The notes under the pieces are model-generated. The model saw nothing but the letters and a program-made list of their open reading frames with translations. It did not search any database and was not told the origin of the DNA. Position numbers and translations under genes: made by a program. Of a stretch of 64,000 bases of DNA, positions 59,602 to 64,000 are shown piece by piece (position 1 is the first letter of the stretch; every line of letters starts with the position of its first letter). Source of the DNA: Mustelus asterias (lineage: Eukaryota); NCBI RefSeq assembly GCF_964213995.1, contig NW_027590177.1, positions 124,001 to 188,000 of the forward strand. The letters run 5' to 3'.

Positions 59602-60349
59602 AACAATCTCAGCCAGGGCTCCCGCAATTTCTTCTCTAGCCTCACACTGTGTTCTTGGATATACCTGGTCAGGGCCAGGAGATTTATCCACCTTCATACA
59701 TTTTGACACATCCATCACCTCCTCTATTGTCCTGCGAACTTCCCCAATATAATCGGCACTAACTTTCCAAGGTTCCCAAGTCATGTCTTTCTCCACAGTG
59801 AACACAAAGGGGAATTAGTGTCCATTGGCTAGTTAAGCACACAAAGTGCCTGGTAGAGTTTAATTGAATATTTCTGCAGACCCCATACACCACAGTGACA
59901 TTATCAATAAAGGGCTAAGGAAGTAGTCTGTTGTGTTAAAAGAGGATGAATTCTGGAATTTTGCATTCATGTCCTGAATCTTCATAATTATCACTTAGCT
60001 GGGATGTTTCAGAATGAAAGAATCCCATGTACTTGTCAGTATGGGTTTCCTCCGGGTGCTCCGGTTTCCTCCCACAGTCCGAAAGATGTGTTGGTTGGGT
60101 GCATTGGTCGTGCTAAATTCTCCCTCAGTGAACCCGAACAGGCGCCGGAGTGTGGCGACTAGGGGATTCTCACAGAAATGTCATTGCAATGTTAATGTAA
60201 GCCTACTCGTGACACAAATGAATAAACTTTAAACTTTAAAACTTGAAAGGGGTCGTGTCCAATAGACCTGTTAAAGACAAATCACTGTGAGATTGACCTG
60301 GGGTTTATGTGATCAGGTCTCAGTTTTATGAACAAGGTCTGTATCAGAC

Positions 60350-62250
60350 TAGAGCTGTGTCTTTGATTCTCTGTAGCAGTTGTAGTGTCCTTACTAAATA
60401 TCCACCACAACTGCAACAGTTAGCCCAGAAATCTCACATTATTGTGATCACAGCCCTTCAAATCGTTACTGATGTAACTACTAAATATTCTGAAACGCAG
60501 CTTCTCCACAGCAGAAAGGAAGCCACTCCTCATCAATCCAAACTCTGAATGATTGGGGATGTTGCTGGTTAGAGTCCACAATAAACTGCTATTTGTCAGG
60601 TGAAGGTAGATCAGCAGCAGGAGTTAGTGAAGAGTGATGGTAAGAACCAGGCAGACTGACTCACCAGGAAAGCTGCTTTGGAAGGGATTCCATCCAAAAC
60701 ACAATCAATGTCACCGATATGATAGAGTCCAATTAAACCTGATTTAAAAACTTGTCAGGACTCTCACCCTGATGTGACTTTTTAAAATTCATTCATGGGA
60801 CATGGGTGTTGCTGGCTGGCCAGCATTTACTGCCCATCTCTAATTGCCTGAGGGCTGTTGAGAGTCAACCACATTGCTGTGGCTCTGGAGTCACATGTAG
60901 GCCAGACCAGGTAAGGACAGCAGATTTCCTTCCCTGAAGAATATTAGTGAACCAGATTTCTTTTCTGAAATGGCTGGATGCGAAGCCAAGTCCCATGACT
61001 GTGGCCAAAGAGGGTGCAGACCAGAGGAAACTTTCTTTCATCCCTCATAGCATCTCACGTATTTGATATAATGAGGTTTTCTATCACAAGCAGTGTTTAA
61101 ATTTTACTTCAGTCAATCCTCGATAACTTCAAAAAGAATTAGTATATTTGATGGATCAAAGCAGGGAATATTTCTGTTTTTTGAGTGCTCAATATTATAC
61201 ATAATTATGATACCATCAGTGGCTGAGGATGCATCAGAATGTCCATCACCTCCTGAAACTGTGCCTCATCTGTGTTCAAACTAATAAGACCCTGTGAAAT
61301 GTATTGTTCCATAACACGTCCCATATTATTGATCTTCCCAAGGAAACACTGCAGATTGATTATACAGACCCACCCTCCACATTGAGAGGGGACCGGCAGT
61401 TATATATATGTTTACTTATTGGACTGAAGCTTGCGCTGTTTGTAAAAACAATGTAGCAGTCACTACAGCTAAAACCTTGTGGGAACAGATCTTTACCAGA
61501 TGGGGCTTTCTGGAAAAGGGCAGAGAGTGACAATGGTTCTCATTTCACTGCAGAAACAATGCAGCAGCTGTGGGTCTGGAACAACATTCCCAAATCTACC
61601 TGCAATCTGGTGGGATGGTTGAGAGCTTCAATAACTCTGGAGAAACAACATTGAAAAAAGCCATCGTGAAGGGAGCTGATGATCTGGTTAAGGCCAATGA
61701 CTGGGTCACTCCCCTCCTATTCATGATCCCGGTCACAGTCCATTTCAGGTCATGACGGGTTAGCTAATCCAGATTGTGATTCTCACCAGGGCCCACTCCC
61801 CAATGCTACTCGACAGACTCATGAGCAGCTTTCCAGAATTTCCAACAAATCTTAGCATCCTCCCTGCTACAGACAGTGGAGAGGTTGGATGCTGCCCATC
61901 TCAACACCTCCATGGAGGAACACCTCACACATTAATCATTCAACAGGTGATGAGGTCATGTTAAAAACATTGTTAAAAAAAGGTGGGCCAGGTGGAAAAT
62001 TGGAAAGGTCCACATCGTGTTCTCGATAGATTGGAAAAAACAAATCTGATACTGGCAAATTGGAAATGAGGGAAGGAAACACAATATGTGTTACCATGGA
62101 GGTGAGTGTAAACTGTACAAAACTAAAAGGTCAGATAACTAGACGGAGAATAAACACTGTTTGATTTTATCACAGGGACAAGATGCGTATGGTCATTGTG
62201 CTCCTGGACTGTGTACAGGCTGAAGTTCTGTTCCTGCCATATGATCCTCC
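60350..62250 (+). mobile_element. Decayed LTR-retroelement pol (RNase H-like remnants, integrase)
   Basis: LKLCLICVQ (~61260), LQIDY (61349), TTAKTLWEQIFTRWG, SDNGSHFT (~61526), QSGGMVE (~61603), GDEVML and WKGPHRV (62001). Confidence 0.78.
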
Positions 62251-62482
62251 CCAAGACTGTCCTTTCTTGAGCTCCAGACAGGTGATGTTAAACACTCAGG
62301 TGGGAAAGACAAAATCTACAACAATGTGTTTAAACCAAAGCTGATTAATTTGAGATATACCCAGAATATTAAACTTCAGTTCAATTATTATCAGCAGAAA
62401 TAACACAAATAGTCAGAATGAACATGGTTTAGTCCCAAATGTGATTAACAGCAGCAATAACAGCAGAATCCAACTCCTACAG

Positions 62483-63409
62483 TCACTTGTGAACTTGCTG
62501 GTGTCGAACCAGGTTGTTTGACTGAGCAAATCCCTTCCCACAGACACAGCAGGTAAACAACCTCTCCCCAGTGTGAACTCGCTGGTGTCTCAGAAAGTTG
62601 GATGAATTGGCGAATCTTTTCCCACATTTGGAGCAGGTGAACGCCCTCTCCCCAGTGTGTGTACGTTGGTGTGACAGCACCTCACGTTTGCTTTTAAAAC
62701 ATTTTTCACAATCAGAACATTTAAAAGGTCTCTGATCAGTGTGAACCAGTTTGTGAACAGCAAGGTGGGATAATCGAGAAAAATTCTTGCCACACATGGA
62801 GCAGGCGTATGGTCGTTCCCCAGTGTGAATTCGCTGGTGTATCAGAAAGTCAGATGAATGAATGAATCCCTTCCCACATTCGGAACAGGTGAATGGCCTG
62901 TCTCCAGTGTGGGTACGTTGGTGTGTCAGCATCTGGTACCTGCTTTTAAAGCTCTTCTCACAGTCAGAACAGTGAAAAGATCTCTGATCAGAGTGAACCA
63001 GTTGGTGGGCAGTGAGGTGGGTCGACCGAGAGAATCCCTTCCCACACACACAGCAGTTGAATGGTCTCTCTCCGGTGTGAACTCGCTGGTGTGTCCGCAG
63101 GTGGGCTGACTGAGTGAATTCCCTCCCACATGCGGTGCAGGTGAATGGTCTCTCCCCAGTGTGAACTCGCTGGTGTACCCTAAGATCAGATGAATTAATG
63201 AATCCCTTCCCACATGTGGAGCAAGTGAACGGTCTCTCCTCAGTGTGAATGTGCTGGTGTCTCAGAAGGTCAGTTGACCGTGCGAATCCCTTCCCACACG
63301 TGGAGCAGGGGAATGGTTTCTCCCCAGTGTGAGTGTGTTGATGATATTCCAGCCGTGACTGGTATTTGAATTCCTTCCCACAGTCCTCACATTTCCACGG
63401 TTTCTCCAT
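62483..63409 (-). CDS. C2H2 ZNF, 11 fingers (Z7, MEKPWKC type)
   Basis: ATG-initiated 308-aa ORF; acceptor tatttacag near 63746. Confidence 0.9.
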   Translation of the reverse strand: MEKPWKCEDCGKEFKYQSRLEYHQHTHTGEKPFPCSTCGKGFARSTDLLRHQHIHTEERPFTCSTCGKGFINSSDLRVHQRVHTGERPFTCTACGREFTQSAHLRTHQRVHTGERPFNCCVCGKGFSRSTHLTAHQLVHSDQRSFHCSDCEKSFKSRYQMLTHQRTHTGDRPFTCSECGKGFIHSSDFLIHQRIHTGERPYACSMCGKNFSRLSHLAVHKLVHTDQRPFKCSDCEKCFKSKREVLSHQRTHTGERAFTCSKCGKRFANSSNFLRHQRVHTGERLFTCCVCGKGFAQSNNLVRHQQVHK

Positions 63410-64000
63410 GGTGCAGTTGTTCTTATGTCTCTCCAGGTTGGATGATCAGTTGAAGCCTGGTCCACACACAGAATGTGTACGATCTCTCCTCGCTGTGAAT
63501 GATTTTCAGGCTGTGTAACTGGATAAAAGTCTTTCCACAGTCAGCTCACTGGAACACTCTCACTCGGTGTGTGTGTGTCGGTGCTTTTCCAGTCACATTG
63601 ATATTTGAAATCTTCTCCCACAGACAGAACAGACAAACATTTCTCCTTCCACATTCAAATATTCAGGTCCTGATAAATTGAGTCACGATAAGATCCTCAT
63701 AATTGGTTTTACTTTCCTGTCTGTAAATCCTCCTCTTCTAAACCCTGTAAATAGAGTTCATATAAAATTACATAGAACATATAGAATAAAAACAGGTCAT
63801 TCTGCCCAGCTTGTCTCTGCTGGTGTTGAAACTCCACACACTTCTCCTCCATTGCATCTCCCTCAGCTCAATCTTTCAGTTGGTTTTTCTATTCCTCTCT
63901 CTCTCTCTCTCATGTACTCGTTTAGTTTCCTTTTGAAAGGATCTCAGCCTTTTGCCACAACCACTTCCTTTGGTAATGAATTCCACATTCTAATTATTCT

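Larger units (their letters stand above)
55187..59605 (-). mobile_element. Full-length CR1-clade LINE (HER1-like) with both ORFs intact
   Basis: 5'UTR with a tandem repeat, ORF1, ORF2 and a (TTCTATG)-type tail. atctca is duplicated at 55181-55186 and 59606-59611. Inserted into an older CR1. Confidence 0.93.

Overview
Vertebrate genomic DNA, almost certainly from a shark or other elasmobranch: it carries HE1-type V-SINEs and CR1/HER1-type LINEs. The window is a tandem C2H2 zinc-finger gene cluster with seven finger-array exons (six cleanly open, one rescued by compensating frameshifts) plus two decayed relics. No KRAB, SCAN or BTB exon is recognisable. Four paralogous CpG-rich promoter/first-exon modules lie at about 8.4, 20.3, 33.6 and 46.1 kb. 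The rest is dense, often nested retroelements: two full-length CR1s (one with both ORFs intact), many truncated CR1s, and Rex1, L2, Tx1, Penelope, LTR and SINE copies. The strongest leads are: (1) both full-length CR1s have a U_UUA_AAC slippery heptamer directly before the ORF1 stop and no AUG before the endonuclease domain, suggesting -1 ribosomal frameshifting; (2) Penelope termini carry minimal hammerhead ribozymes, one family with a compensatory U3-A8 core; (3) a 15-codon uORF made from a dead finger is conserved in three ZNF paralogues. Family names come from recognition by eye, not database searches, and repeat boundaries are approximate.
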